A stretch of 64,000 nt of DNA from Eledone cirrhosa (taxonomy: Eukaryota): positions 56,730,001-56,794,000 of the forward strand of contig OZ024743.1 of assembly GCA_964016885.1 (NCBI GenBank), read 5' to 3'. Shown here piece by piece: positions 1-14,600 of this stretch (the first letter of the stretch is position 1; the number at the start of each line of letters is the position of its first letter). The notes under the pieces are model-generated. The model searched no databases. It saw only the letters and a list, made by a program, of their open reading frames with translations, and was not told the origin of the DNA. A program made the position numbers and the translations under genes.

Positions 1-2261
1 AAAGACTGAAATGCCATGACAACCTAGTATTGATGCCACAATAAAACGCAGCCAGTACTCTCTGTAAAATAAAGTGGTTGTTGTTAGGAAGAGCACCAGC
101 TAAAGACAACTTGCCCCAAAAAGATATCGCTCGTACTGGTGCAACGATAAAATGTACTGTGCGGAAATGTAAGTTTGCGAAATGCGGGCCCCGACCCGTC
201 TATGAGGTCCGTAGCTCCGATTAAGTACAGATTCGATCTGTTCAACCTTTGCTAGCAGGTAAAACGGACGTTAAGTGGTGATAAAAGTGACAATTTCTCA
301 TTCCCTATAACATTAAAAACTTCTTCGTCTATTTAAAAATGAATAAGCCATTTGTTTTCATCTAAGAATTTTCATCAAATTGCCTGGTTAACAAATGGTT
401 TAGTTTTCGGTATTAACAATTGTGAATTAAGGGGTGTGGTAGGGGAGCCAGGGAGTCCACAATATCTAAAGGCCCCCAAATGATTTAAAAGTTTTTTTTG
501 CTAACATAGATATTACGCAAGTGGCCCAGATGAAGTTTTCTACCTGGGAACCCATGCAAGCTTAATCCGCGCCTCCTGGGTTAATTTATCTTATTCAGAA
601 AAAAAAAGAAGGAAGAAATTACAGTCTGAACAAAAATAAATTAAATAAAAAGATTCTTGTCCGTTACATTTTAAAACTTTAAAAATTATTTTTTGTTATT
701 TGTTTCAAACGAAAATTACGAACAGAAATAATTGTTTTTAATTTAAGCACTAGACCAACAATTTTATTTGGGCTGGGAAATTCGATTAAATTAACCCCAG
801 CATTTGAATAGTATTTTTTTATTTTTTATTCTATTGGCAATTAGGATAAAAAGTGAAGTTGACCTAGGCAGCATAAATAATTGTTTTTACTTTAGGCACA
901 AGGCCAGCATACACCCAGTGCATTACTGGTACTTTATCGACCCCGTAAGGATGAAAGGCAAAGTCAACCTCGGCGGGATTTGAACTCGGCAGCATAAATA
1001 ATGAATTCAAAAGAACAAAATAGGGAAATACTTATTGTGAACCATGTCTTGAATTTTGAAATAATCATTAAATTTTCTTGAATATTATTTCGTATTTCTC
1101 TTATAAAGTTACAGATAAGGGGAGGGTGAATGAGAGAAAAGTTAAGCGAAAGCAAAACAAAAATTAATCGGTCCGTCATTTTTTTTTTTCTTAGGAAAGT
1201 TTTTGTTTCAGACCGTAACGTAAATTCCGGTACACCTTAAACTAAGAATTATTGGCGAACAATGGGATTTGAACTTTGTGGTAAAATAATTATTCTTATG
1301 AGAAATTATATAGAAACTGGAGCTTGGACTGAAATAAATGGACAATTTAAAACTTTCACATCCACTTGTTCTCTACGCATTAAATCTGTCAGTGTCTGTA
1401 TTTCTTTTGACTCTCTGGGCTCAAGGTTCCAATCCTGTTGACGTAAACTCTTTCGTCTTTTCGAGGTTGATTATCAGTTGATGGGACAGTGGGTTGACGG
1501 ATTAATTAAAGAGTCGAAAAGGATCCTTTGCTGTAATCTGATCATGCTCTGCATTCTGAGTTCAAATCCCGCCTCCTTTTGCCAGGTTCCAAACACCAGC
1601 TTAATAATGAGAAAATTAATTATATTATTGAATTTTTTTCAAAATTCTTGATTATTTTCATAATTAATTGAAAATCTTAAGCAGTGCATTTCATTAGAAA
1701 TATGGTAATGAAAGGGGTTAAGGTGTTCATATTTAAATGTTAACCTTCCATCATAATTGTATGTCCAAACACCCCGCTAATGTTATTTTACTAAATCCCT
1801 CCAATTTTTTAAAAATTATTATTAACTCATACGAACATCACAATCAGCGTCTTCCATTAGAAATTGGTAACGAAAGAGTTAACTTCGGTTTTAAATACTA
1901 ACAAAAGTTTTTAAAGTTTATCAACCGTTCACGGCTTTGTGTCAATGAGAAATATATACGTGACATCTCTCTGGTGGCGGTGGATTAACGGGGGATGGGA
2001 GTGATGATTGGGCCCACAACATTTAGAGGGTCGGATTAAACCTGCATGTGACCCTCTAAATGGGTCACATGCAGGTTTAATTCGACCCTGATAGTCTGTC
2101 ACTAATCCTTGCAATGATAAAAAAAAACATCAAATGAACACCGAACACTAATGGTAAAGTATTTGCGTAGATGCTCGTGATAAAAACATGAATTTAGCCG
2201 TCTTTTCTCTTTCCTATAAATATAAAAACAGAATTCATGTAATCATATACTCGTAAATATA

Positions 2262-2515
2262 ACTTACAAAAATATTCAATGAAAACTAAAAAACAACAAC
2301 CCACAAATGCGCCAAACTAAAAAACAACAACAACCCACAAATGCGCCAATCGGTCGCACACACCACAAGGGGCTTCGCAACCATCGTCGAATACTTTTTG
2401 AGGCAAGCCAACACGTTCGCAGCATTACCACGTGTGATGGCGAAGCTCAGGCGCTGAAAGAACCAAGAACTTAGCTGTCAGCGGCCCAGCTCTCGAACGT
2501 CACAGACTGGAGAAA
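2262..2515. promoter_or_regulatory. CpG-rich putative promoter / first-exon region, possibly of a - strand gene running left
   Basis: CpG-rich relative to most of the window. Direct duplication of aaactaaaaaacaacaacccacaaatgcgcc (about 2283-2347), E2F-like GCGCCAAA, CCAAT, E-box CACGTG at 2429, and a - strand GTAAGT donor at 2262-2267. Confidence 0.35.
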
Positions 2516-2796
2516 TAGTTTACCTATAAATATTGATTTCTAATTTAGACACTGCCAGGGATTTGGGAGGGAGGTAAAAGTCGATCAAAACTGGTGGTAC
2601 TTTATTTTGTAGACCTCTGAAAGTTGGGAAGCAAATTTCTTCTATAAGTACTTTTTACAAGCATTTAAAAAAAAGTTACATATGTTTAATATAAGTATGT
2701 TATTTGATCAATGTCATATATATGTTTGATAAGGTGATAAGTGAAAGCTTTGACAGGTATGATTGAAACCATCACCACATTATCCGTCTTGAATGG

Positions 2797-2981
2797 CAAG
2801 CATGTCAAACATGCGGCTCTTTACAAGCACACTTGCGGCCCGCACAAAGGTTTTACAGCGCAAGCATGTTTTATCTTCGTAATAGAAAAATGTTGTAATG
2901 TGCGCAATTAGTTGTCGTGTATGATCTCAGACACATGTGACCCATATGTTCCCCCGGGGGTCCCTCAGTTTGACATGCCTG
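2797..2981. mobile_element. hAT-like MITE remnant
   Basis: Terminal inverted repeats caagcatgtcaaac / gtttgacatgcctg. Confidence 0.5.
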
Positions 2982-3120
2982 TTGGACTGAGTGTTATTTC
3001 GTTTTAAGTAGACATCTATTAACGCGCGCGTGTGTGTATATATATATATATTTATTAAAATAATAGATTAAAGTTTAAGCAAAGAATCGCTGCTTTCACC
3101 CTTAACGGGATCTTTATTAT

Positions 3121-3159
<39 letters not shown>

Positions 3160-3174
3160 GTGTGTGTGAGTGTG

Positions 3175-3777
3175 TGGTATTTTATAGAACACGCTCACCG
3201 AGGTTAACTTTGCCTTTCATCCTTACGAGGTCGATAAAATAAAGTACCAGTAATGCACTGAAGGTAATTGCTGGCCTTGTGGCAAACGTAGAAACAATTA
3301 TTATAGAACACTCCACTCGATTTCAGTGGGGAAAATGTTTATGCATTTCTTTTTATTCGTGTGCTATCAACTAATTTAACCTCGAAGATTCTGGCAATCA
3401 ACTTTTTTCCTGGCGAACAGAGGTGGTGGAGTAGCTCTCCTCTCGAATACCCCCCTCATTTAAATTTTTTTGGGGGGAAGAGGTTATCAACGTATATGAC
3501 TTCGGAAACGACTAGATTTGTAGATGAGGGTAAAAGGTGGCGAAAAGACCATCGGAGTTTCGCGGATCGACACCTTTCGTGATGGGAAATAATTATCTCC
3601 TTGTTTTTTTATGGCCCTCTTAAATGCTTGCAATCGACTTTTTTTCTCAGATTAAGGTTGGTTTGTTTACCGGAAAAAAGTCGATTTCCTGCATCTTGAA
3701 AGTTAGATTAGTTGATATAACATGAAAAAAAAAAATACCCCACTGAAATCGAGATGGGTGTTCTATAAATTTACCAT
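3175..3777. mobile_element. Long-TIR MITE interrupted by a 5'-truncated SINE
   Basis: tggtattttatagaacac...ctcgatttcagtgggg is inverted to ccccactgaaatcgagatgggtgttctataaatttacca. The SINE at about 3198-3300 is flanked by a duplicated ttatagaacac. Confidence 0.7.
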
Positions 3778-4262
3778 CATATTATCTCCTTTTCACGTGT
3801 CTGCAGGAATGTTGGATATTATTGAATGTAAAATGAAATTATTGATCAGAGATTGTTGTTTACTTAAAACGAAAGAAGATATGTTTTTATAACTATTCTA
3901 ATAAATTTCTCAGCAAGCCAAGTTCACAATTCAGATTTTTATTGCTTGTTAATAAGTATTTGAAAGGCATAAATGCAACAACAGCCCACTTTTCTCCTAT
4001 AAATTCATACTAAAAAAAAAGTTGTGTTATTTATGTTCTTCCCAATAGCGAGAATCGAGCTCAATTCTATACAACTGTGAAATAGTGCTTTGTTAAAATA
4101 TTTTGAATTTCGCGCGCAAATTATGTTGTAAAATTTAAATACGAACCCTTTAAAATGGGGAACTACAGGTACATTTGAATGCTGCTAGAGAAAAGTAGAA
4201 ACTTAAAGAATAAATACAACTTTTTGGGGGCATTTAAACATCTTTACCCCCTTCCACTCCTG

Positions 4263-4265
<3 letters not shown>

Positions 4266-4327
<62 letters not shown>
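4266..4327. repeat. (TA)n microsatellite
   Basis: Pure TA run. Confidence 0.95.
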
Positions 4328-4330
<3 letters not shown>

Positions 4331-4937
4331 CCTTTTGCTCCCTATGGAGCTTTGGGTTACGAGAGATCTCCATTCTGAATGGTCACAAAATCAGCCCATG
4401 TTTGCCAGGTTTTCCTCCACAAACTTTACTTCCTAGGCCCATCTTTCAGGCTTCCATTCAAGGGAAGTCTTCACTGGTCTTTGGACGGTTTCGATATTAA
4501 TGAAATCATTTTAATGGTCAGTGAAGTGACAGAACCAGCTAGCTTCGTTTTACTTTCTCAGTTCAATCTGTCAGTGGTCGACTTTGACTTTCGGGTAAAA
4601 TCCCATAAACATCTCTATATTGAAGTGAGCATAAAAGCCGATGAAAATTACGGGCGTATCTAACATGGATTATTGCACTAAATATCTATTTTTATGTTAT
4701 TTCTTCCATAAATAAGTTTTATATTTGCAATAAACTACATATTTTCGCCTCTTCCCTTGTTCCTGGTTCCCCGGATCGGCTGATTTTACATTCACTTCAG
4801 TATAGAATGTTTATAGAACTTTGTTAATTTTCGTCTCTCTGGAAAGTTAATAAAAAGAAGTATATGTAATCTCAATCAAAATTCGTAGTCGGTCAGTGGT
4901 TACTAAACTTCTGTTTTTACTCACATTACTTTGTCGA

Positions 4938-4944
4938 ATGTTAG
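4938..4944 (+). CDS. Candidate start (ATG TTA G) at the end of a putative first exon of the + strand small gene
   Basis: gaATGTTAG|gtattt donor, phase 1, in frame with exon 7149-7184. Confidence 0.3.
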
Positions 4945-6289
4945 GTATTTTATACATTTTAGCATAGCATAAAGTAGAAATTTAGATAATTAAAAAATAC
5001 GGAATTTTAAATTTTTTTATTACGTTCTGGACACAACATATACAGTCAACATCTACTCTCGGGTCCAAAAGAATAAGGGGAGTGGGGTATCGGTAATTTG
5101 TTTAGGTTGTCTCACCCACCCACTGTATATATCTAGCCCAGGTGTGGGCAACCTTTTTTGAACAGGCAATTTTGAAATAAGGCGTGCGTGTCCATGCATG
5201 ACTAATCTAGCCTTTATCCAGTCAACATCTACATCAGCAGCGGTTCGCACACTTGTTTTTTGTTTGTATTTTTACTCACTTGAGAACAAGCAAAAATATT
5301 TTGTCGCCCATTGCACCTAAATTCGAAAAGGTGTTTATAGTTAGCATAGAATTAAGAATTATAGATAAAATTAAAATATCACCTATGTATTTCCTTGTTT
5401 ACTCAATAAATGGACCATATTTATCAATGTATCAATGAGAAAGATACGGTCCTTTTTTTTTTTTTTTGCAGTGTTTTCGTTCTTAATTTGTTTTCCCATT
5501 TAGATAGTTATATATGAACTTAATTGCGAATTTCAATTTGTATTCTTCAAGTTTTGAAATAAACTTGCTCTTTTGCGACACACTTAAAAAATCGCGTTCA
5601 GTTGGGAACTACTGTTTTAGGGAGAGCATCGTAACTGCATACAGCAAGACACACCTCTCAGCTTTTCCAGCTATCAACTAACGGGCCTCAATCGATCAGT
5701 TATAGTATTTGAGCTGTACTGCATAATTTATGTTGTGTTTGAATATTTATATAACCTGTGGTGGCTCCTACCTTCTCGCTAGGCAGAAGTAGTTGAGAGG
5801 CTCCTTTGGTTTTAAAAAAAAAATCGTTTCGATTCGTATGGATGATGATTGGAGACTAAAGTTCTAGGAGCTACCAGTGGAAGAAATATATAGTAGAGGA
5901 AGACCGAGGAAAAACCTGGGCAGAGGCGATTAGAGCTGAACAGGGATGGCAACGGAATGCAAGAAGTGGTAGCAGGTTATGCTAGAAAAGATCTGACCAA
6001 CCCATGCAAGCATGGAAAAACGGATGTAAAATGTTCGTCAACCTTTACATTACAATATTTGGTTTTCAAATAATCAAGAATTTGGAAGACTTTCTCATTA
6101 TTATTAAGCTGGTGTTTGTAACAAAACAAACGTTCTTACATAAATTTATGATGGAAAGTTTTTAGATAAACATAAACATGTTAGACGAAGATAACTGTTG
6201 TATCATAGGACGAAGAATGGTTTCTGGCAGTTTGTTATCGAAAGGGTTAAATAGTGATTTGAAGGAATTTAGTAAAATAAGTAATTTTC

Positions 6290-6965
6290 ATTTGAGTGCT
6301 GCATGACAGGAGTGAAAATTAGTGCTGCAAAAACAGATAATCATCCTCGCAAGGAAGCTTGTGCAGTGCACTCTACATGTAAATGGAGTTTTACTGAAGC
6401 AGGTGTAGAAGTTCAAGTATCTTGGGGCCGTGTTTATGAGTGGTAGAAGACAAGAGGTTGAATTAAGTGCAAGAATTACAGGAACCAGTGCAATAATGCG
6501 CTAGCTTCAGAAAAAAGGAGGTAGGTGTAAAAGCCAAACTCATTATCTTCAATTCGGTATTTGTGCCTATCCTTACCTTTGGTTGTGAATCTTGGATATG
6601 ACCGAAAGAATACGATTGTGAATACAAGACAAAGGGTCGTTGGAGTAATGTTACTCGATAGAGTGCATATTTTGGAGGTCAGTCACTCCAAGTAGAGCTG
6701 CTACTTCTCCGAATTTGAGAGATCACAGCTCCAGTGGTTAGAATGTCTCAGAAAACAATCACTGGACAAATTTGACATGCAAAACCAATTGTCAGGAGAT
6801 GCAAGGAATAATCCTGAGCAAGATAGTTGGATAACATTCTTGAGCTTGGTTGGACTCATTTGGGGATCCATGGATCAGTTGGAGATGATTGTTTCTGATA
6901 TGACCCACTGGAAGGAGTGTTTGAGGATTCTGTCTCCCATAACCCTCTTAGGAATAAGTGGGTAA
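6290..6965 (+). mobile_element. RTE-type LINE 3' fragment, decayed
   Basis: Degenerate ORF2 C-terminal sequence (FKYLG, FVPILTFGCESW) with stops; related fragments occur elsewhere in the window. Confidence 0.75.
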
Positions 6966-7148
6966 AGAAGCTAACTTTTTGATTAGTGTATATATACTAA
7001 GCTAGATAGAATGTTTTTGATTTAGGAAATCCAGCTGTAGAGACCAAGCCAGAATCAGTTGCGTGAGCAAGACATGATCAGCTGATCTGACTTGGAAAAT
7101 GGATGTTAAACAGTGATAATGATGATGAGTATGTACATTTTTAAACAG

Positions 7149-7184
7149 ATGATTTTGTATCATTAGAATCTGGTGCATTTTCAG
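7149..7184 (+). CDS. Candidate 36-nt exon (DDFVSLESGAFS) of the + strand small gene; coding or uORF depending on isoform
   Basis: tttttaaacag| acceptor and CAG|gtatgt donor; symmetric phase 1; open frame. Confidence 0.45.
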
Positions 7185-8528
7185 GTATGTTGGTATTAAA
7201 AGGAGGGTAAATACTGCTGGTCCCACCTCACACTTTAACCCTATTTGTGATCAAATTTCAAACAAGAATGTGTTTTACTTTTCAAAATAATCAAAAATTA
7301 TGAGAGGTTTAGTACAATAAAAATGACTTTCAATTTATAATGGTTTCTACTATAGGCACAAAGCCAGCAATTTTGGAGGAGGGGAAAGTCGACCCTCCCT
7401 CTAGTACGTTACTGGTGCTTTATTCTATCGGCCCCATAAGGATGAAGGGCAAAGCTAACCTCGGTGGGTTTTGAACCCGGAACGTAAAGGGATGTAACTC
7501 TGTACTGCGAAGCATGTCTGATGCTGCCAATACACTGCCCTATCTTTCAACTTAATAATAAGACAAATGTTTTAACTATTAAAAATAGTATCTGTCATGT
7601 AATAATTGTTTCTACTTTTGGCACAAGGCCAGCAATTAACCAGTGCATTACTGGTACTTTATTTTATCAACCCAGTAAGGATGAAAGGCAAATTTAACCT
7701 CGGCGGGATTTGAACTCAGAATGGCAAGGGCCATAACTATGCGTCAAAGCTTGGCGACTCTCTACCGATACTGCCAATCCACCATGTCATGTAATAATGA
7801 GATTTGAACACATTTATAGGGGTGGTTTGGAACTGGTTGGTGTTTAAATGGTTAAATTGGGTGGCTTGACCTGTTTAGTTGCAGACCACGCAACCACTAG
7901 ACAGTGGCAGATTCAGGAAGTGGAATGGTGGTGTATATCGGTCTACACTGAAATGTGGTAGTGTTAAGAACAGAAACCAAGTCAATATACAGATCAGAGA
8001 TGTCGACTCCTGACCTGACTTCTCATAATGTGACAACCCATTGAATGATATATTACAAATGATGATATATTACAAATCATTAAAATATGATGATATATAT
8101 ACATATGTATAAGATAAAGTCACTAGAATTGGTAAGTTAATCTATGTCTCTATGTTGGCATGTCTGGAAATAATGATACAAGGATTGGAATAGATTAAAA
8201 TTCCAGGTGAAGAAATGTTGGTCTGTACATTATCTCATGGCACATGTCTTGGGAATGGCAAGGAAGCATTGACATTTGCCATTTTCTTTTGCCATGAAAC
8301 TAGTTGATAAATGGGCTTTTAAATCAGTCCAGTGACAGTGTGTGCCAAGTTAGTTTAGCAGAGAGGGACTAAAGAGAGAAAGTATGATGAGATGGTTAGG
8401 CAGGATAAATTTATCTACAGTAACTGACTGGTGATTAATGAGCTGATGTTATTTAATTCTTAAATGTCCTCTACCACATATGACCACATTAGCAAGACAA
8501 GGCATTCTTAAAAAGTACAAAACAGCAT

Positions 8529-8730
8529 TTAACCCTTTAGTGTTCAAACCGGCCAGAATTCTCTACCTCTTTCTGTTGAAACTGGCTGTAACCGGCTGCT
8601 CAAACTGAATGTAAGGTATTGTTCTCAAAATAAATACTTTCAAAATCTCATAGATTTGATATTATGTGAGGTAAAGCCTTTATCATGAAAATATAATAGT
8701 ATATATAAAATAATGTGAATGCTAAGGGGT
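8529..8730. mobile_element. piggyBac-like MITE (~200 bp family)
   Basis: ttaaCCCTTTAG...CTAAGGGGtt termini; homologous copies at about 36648-36859, 45820-46026 and 54106-54321 with TTAA ends. Confidence 0.7.
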
Positions 8731-9231
8731 TGTGTGTGTATGTGGATGTATATATATGTGTGTGTGCATGCATGTGTATATATATATATGTATATATATA
8801 TATACAGGATGTCTAAAAAAAAAAATGTATGCATACTTTCATTACCTGTACAAGCAATATTTATTAGAATGTTGTTGAAGTGTGTATACGTTTTTTGGTG
8901 ACCCCCCCCTCTCTCTCTCTCTCCACTGCTCTCTCCACATCTCCCCCCTCTCTCTCCATATATATATAGGGAAATGTTCAAGACCCCGACGGCAGAGCTC
9001 AAACCGTTCCGACGGCTATTTGAGTACTTTGGTGCGTTATGGTCCATCTGGTTCCTTACCACACTTCCTTCATTATATATATACTGGTATCTACCTATGG
9101 AGTTCTAACATTGTTAGAACTCCATGTAGTCTTGAAGTAATAATTCTAACAATATCAAGTGATGAGTTATTGTTTTTGTAGTAGTAGGCTTTCATCATAT
9201 CAGATTCCACTGTGCATTCTAAACGAGATAG

Positions 9232-9521
9232 TCATCATCATCATCATACGTCCGCTTTTCCCTGCTTGCAAGGGTGGGACAGGAACTGATTCTGGCTTGA
9301 TTTCTACAGCTGGATGCCCTTCCTAACACCAACCTCATTTACAGTGAGTGCTGGGTGCTTTTTTTCCGTGGCGCCTACACGCCCACTTTATAGTGTGGGC
9401 TGGGTACTTTTTTTTTTTGCCGTGGCAGCTCCACGACCACTTTGCAGTGGAATGATGGGGACCTCAGTCCTATCATCTCATTTCTACAGCTGAGTAAACT
9501 GGAGCAATGTGAAATAAAGTG
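9232..9521 (-). mobile_element. tRNA-derived SINE, 5'-truncated copy
   Basis: Near-identical reverse complement of the 3' part of the SINE at 10441-10785. Confidence 0.85.
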
Positions 9522-9721
9522 TATAATATCAATATACACACTACACATGCTAGCAGAAAACCACCCGTAGGGTGGTTTTCTGCTAGTAAATGTAATGAAG
9601 ACATAACAAATCACCCTTATTATTATAATTACACTCTGCTTAGTACTACATCTCTATACTTACTAGAAACTATGCATTGAGTGCTCACTATGGTGAACCT
9701 ACAGTAACTGGGCATTACAAT

Positions 9722-9785
<64 letters not shown>

Positions 9786-10206
9786 GAACCTCAGTTCACA
9801 AACTTAATTCGTCACCTGAAATGTTTGTAAACCGAAACTATTGTTCCCATATGAAATATTGAGAAATACAGTGAGAGAGAGACTATGTATGAAAGACGGA
9901 TAGATATCCCCATAGTAACTCATTATACAGCAAGTGACGCTTTCCAACCTGTACTCCAAGCTTGTTGCCAGCTTGCGTGTTCGTTACTCGAGATTTCACT
10001 GTATATATATATTCTCTAAAAATGGCTGACTAAGCACATACTTTCTGTCCATTAGTTCCTTTTCTTACTCTCGCATATTTCTTCTATCTTCTGATGAAGG
10101 ACTAAGATCCCAAACATTCAGACTCTATTCCTACTATATCAAGCATTAAACTAATACATATCACCATTGTATGGTTCGCCTGTGTTCTTTTTACCTTGTG
10201 ACTTAT

Positions 10207-10785
<579 letters not shown>

Positions 10786-11204
10786 ATATATATATAACCC
10801 ATGCTAGCGTGGAAAATGGACGTTAAACGAAGATGATTATGATGAATCCGACTACACCCTTGTAAAGGCTTGCTGAACATAAACCGAAACTGCTTGGCAC
10901 TGCAGTCAGGATTTTACATATCTCTATACCCACCATGCATTGAGTACTCCTATGATTAGTGCCCCCCCCCCCCCCCCCCCCCCCCCCCGTAGATGGAAAA
11001 AGTACCCATCAGATTTTGAGTTGTACGAAGACCAATTTTTTGTAGTGGCTGTTGGCCATTTTGTTTTCCCTCTACAATGTTATTTTACCAAATTTTCTAA
11101 GCTATTATTTATAACAATTGATTATGGTTACTGTTTTATTCTGTGTCTGAGATTTCCACATTTTCTAACACACACACAATGTGCCAGCTTCAGCATTAAG
11201 TAAT

Positions 11205-11630
11205 CAGAAGAAGGAGGTAGGTATAAAAGCCAAACTCGCTATCTTCAATTCAGTATTCATGCCAACCCTTATGGTCATAAATCTTGAGTAATCACTGAAA
11301 GAATACGATTGCAAATACAAACAGCCAAAGTGGGGTTCATCCAAAGGGATAGAATGCGTAGTTCGGAGATCAGAGAGTCCCTCCAGGTACACAAGTTGCT
11401 ACAGCTCTGATATCTTGGGCATGTGGTTAGAATGTATCAGTTAAGAATCGCTGGACAGATTTTATGGGCAAAGCCAACCAGTGGTAGATCACCAGCAAGA
11501 TGGATAACATCCATGATCTCGGCTGGTCTCGCTTGGGGATCCAGCCGGATCAATTGGAGACAGTTGCTTCTGACAGGACCTGCTGAAAGGAGTGTTTGAG
11601 GACTCTGGCCCCATGTCCCTCCCAGGACGA
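11205..11630 (+). mobile_element. RTE-type LINE 3' fragment
   Basis: Homologous to 6520-6960. Confidence 0.7.
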
Positions 11631-14600
11631 AGAATGCCTATGGTTTTAAATTATTTTTGAAAATAAACCTTGAATTTGAAGGGATTTAGTAACAACTTTC
11701 TCATTAAAAGCTGGTGTTTGGAGCATAACTTAACTAATGATCTTACATAAAATTGTGATATAAACACTTTAAAAAGGTCAGCATAGTACCATGGAATCAG
11801 GGGTGGTTTGGTATCAAATAGGTTAAAGAGAAAATATTTAGAAAATGCAATATTTTCCCCAAATTTCCATTTTTTTTTAATTTATAACCATCTCCCCTCT
11901 TTGTTGTTTTTAGATTTTATGCACCCTGTAAGGGAGCTTGTATCTACTAATTTCTTTCTCTCTGTGACTGATAGGTCTCAACATGTCTTCAATATTATTC
12001 TTTCTACTGCTCTATGACTTTCTTGGCTTCCATTGACAGACAACAATTGAATGTCTTGGAAAAAGGTGTAATTTAATATGAAGCATCAGCAAACATTTTA
12101 ATTTTCCCTGTTAAAGGTGTGGGGTTTAATGGTTAGGGTGTTGGACTTATGATCATAATAAATGTGGAAGGAAAGGAAAGACCAACAGAGTGACATGGTT
12201 AATCCTTTTGTTACCAACCTGGCTAAAACCGGCTCTGGTTCTATGAAATAAAATCACTCATTTTAAAAGTTTCCTATTTAAATTAAAAATCTTCCAACAT
12301 GATTTTATATTGAGTTACTATATTAGTAATGAAGGCGTGTGGCTGAGTGGTTAGAGAATTGGGTTCCTAATTGTGAGGTTGTGAGAGTTCAATTTCCGGA
12401 CCGGGTGATGCATTATGTCCTTGGGCAAGACACTTTATTTCACGTTGCTCCTTCTATCTGGAGTTGCAACTGATAGAGAGTATTAGCAATTGGAAAGACC
12501 AATGGAAACATTGTTTCCTCGGTTCGATTTGACGAAAGTCGATTGATTGTTGATTAGTAATGAAATAATTCATAATTTTAGTAAATTCCTCATTTAGTAG
12601 CTTTCTCATTATTAACCTGGCATTTGGAACCTAACTTAATACATATTCTTACATATAATTATGATAGAAGATTTTTAGATAACTATAAGCTGACTACCAA
12701 TGTTATTTTTCCAAAGTTAAGAAAACCTTCAAATATAAGTTTGAAAGCAGAGACAACAGAGGAGGTCCAGCTAGATCTTGTCAACAAAATCTCTATATGA
12801 TTTAAATACACAACAAATCTCTGATTTCTGAATGGCTATAAATGTCAGCAGAAAGGCACTCAGGAGTCATGACCTGGATGCAGCCTGGTCCCCTTAGAGT
12901 GTAAGAAGTTAAGGGCCGAAGCACTTGCTTGAGGGGGTGTTTCTCTGAAGATATTCTGCTGTCAAGCTCTCTTGAGAGTTTCTTACCACTTAAAAAAAAA
13001 AAATTTGCCTCTGAACGAAAAGTGGTTTCAGGTGGTTCGGTGTGAAAAGGGTTAACATGCTTGTTATTTCTACCCTTTTTCATTGGATGAGCTGAGAGAG
13101 AAGCTGGGTTTAAGAATCCGAGGTGGTGTGCAGGAGAGAAGACTGCATTCGTATGGACATGTGATATGCAAGAACAATGACCAATAGGGGAGGAAATCCC
13201 AGTGGAAGGAAACTGCAGTAGTGAATGACCAAGAAAGATCTGGGCAGAGTTTATGAGAGGTGACCTCAAATCACTTAGACTGGCAGAGGAGATGACGAAG
13301 TAACACGGCGGGTGGGGAGATGCCGTGCTGAGAAGGACCCAGTGAACCCATGCAAGCGTGGAAAAATGGACATGATGATGATGATGTATCTTTGATTTCA
13401 CAAAAGATATAGATCTAATAAAGGATATATATATATATATATATATATATATGCTGAATAGTATAGTTAATACTCCCCCCCCCCTCCCATCATTAAATTT
13501 ACTAATTGAATTGTATTTTATCTTCCCATCTCATGTTACCAACAGACTAATACATGCTGTTACTGCTCTCTCTCTTTTCTATGAAATAAAACCAACCATT
13601 TCAACTCTTAACATCCTGTGCTGCATGAAACTACATTAGCAAGACTTGAAAAATATAAAAACAACACATTCAAAATTATATTTACTCTATTTCAATTTTT
13701 TATAATTATCTGTTCACTAGCAAAGGTACTATAAACTTTTGAATTAACAAATCCATTTTTAGAAATTTTCTGTTAAATTATTGTTAAGAATTTAAGTGTT
13801 CCTAGTTAAGAATGAATTATGTTAAGTTACTATCTTTGTAATGAAATAATTTTAGTAAGACTCAAAAAAATTGTTCAATAATTACCTATATACTCGTATA
13901 TAAGCCAAGAAATGTTTGACAAAAACATTGATGTTAAAATGGGGGGACTTATATTCGAGGTCAATATTTTCCTGATTCACCAACTTCAAAATACTACCTA
14001 TATAAGGTGCTGAAATATTTTTGCTTTGGATGTGAATATTACACCAGTTTCACTATGGAGGTGTATATTACACCTGTTTCACTTTCAACATGGAATTTGT
14101 ATTTCCTATGTTTTTTTTATAGGTTTTGAATGATTATATGGCCTTCAAAACGGTTGGAAATTGGTAAAAAAATCATTATTTAATGGAGTTCTGAAACAAA
14201 AACTATACTCTAAACGACATTTTAAATATGAAATTGTTAAAATTTCAAAATTTCAAAACTGCACCATCTAAACTAGTTACACGCTGGGCAAACTGCAAGC
14301 CACATGCAGCCTGTTTGGTGTTTTGAATACAAGCCTAATTTCAAAATTGCATTGAATTTTTTTAGCCCACCTTTTTCATTAGCCATATTCTGTGGCCCAC
14401 TGCTCGAAAAGGTTGCCCATGCCTGATCTAAATATAATGTGTTGATTAGCTGCTTCAGCTTATAAATGGGGTTTGGATTTTTGCCTATTTCTCAAACATA
14501 AAATAAGGGGTCAGCTTTTATTCGAACAGTAATCTAAAAAGTTGTAAAAGTTAGTCTTAATATAGCTAAGTGTAACCCACATAGCTATTGTTTTACATCT

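Noticed and set aside
7993-8132. Extra + strand exon ending at a GTAAGT donor
   Set aside because: It has stops in all frames and a weak acceptor, so it is at best a UTR exon and is unsupported.
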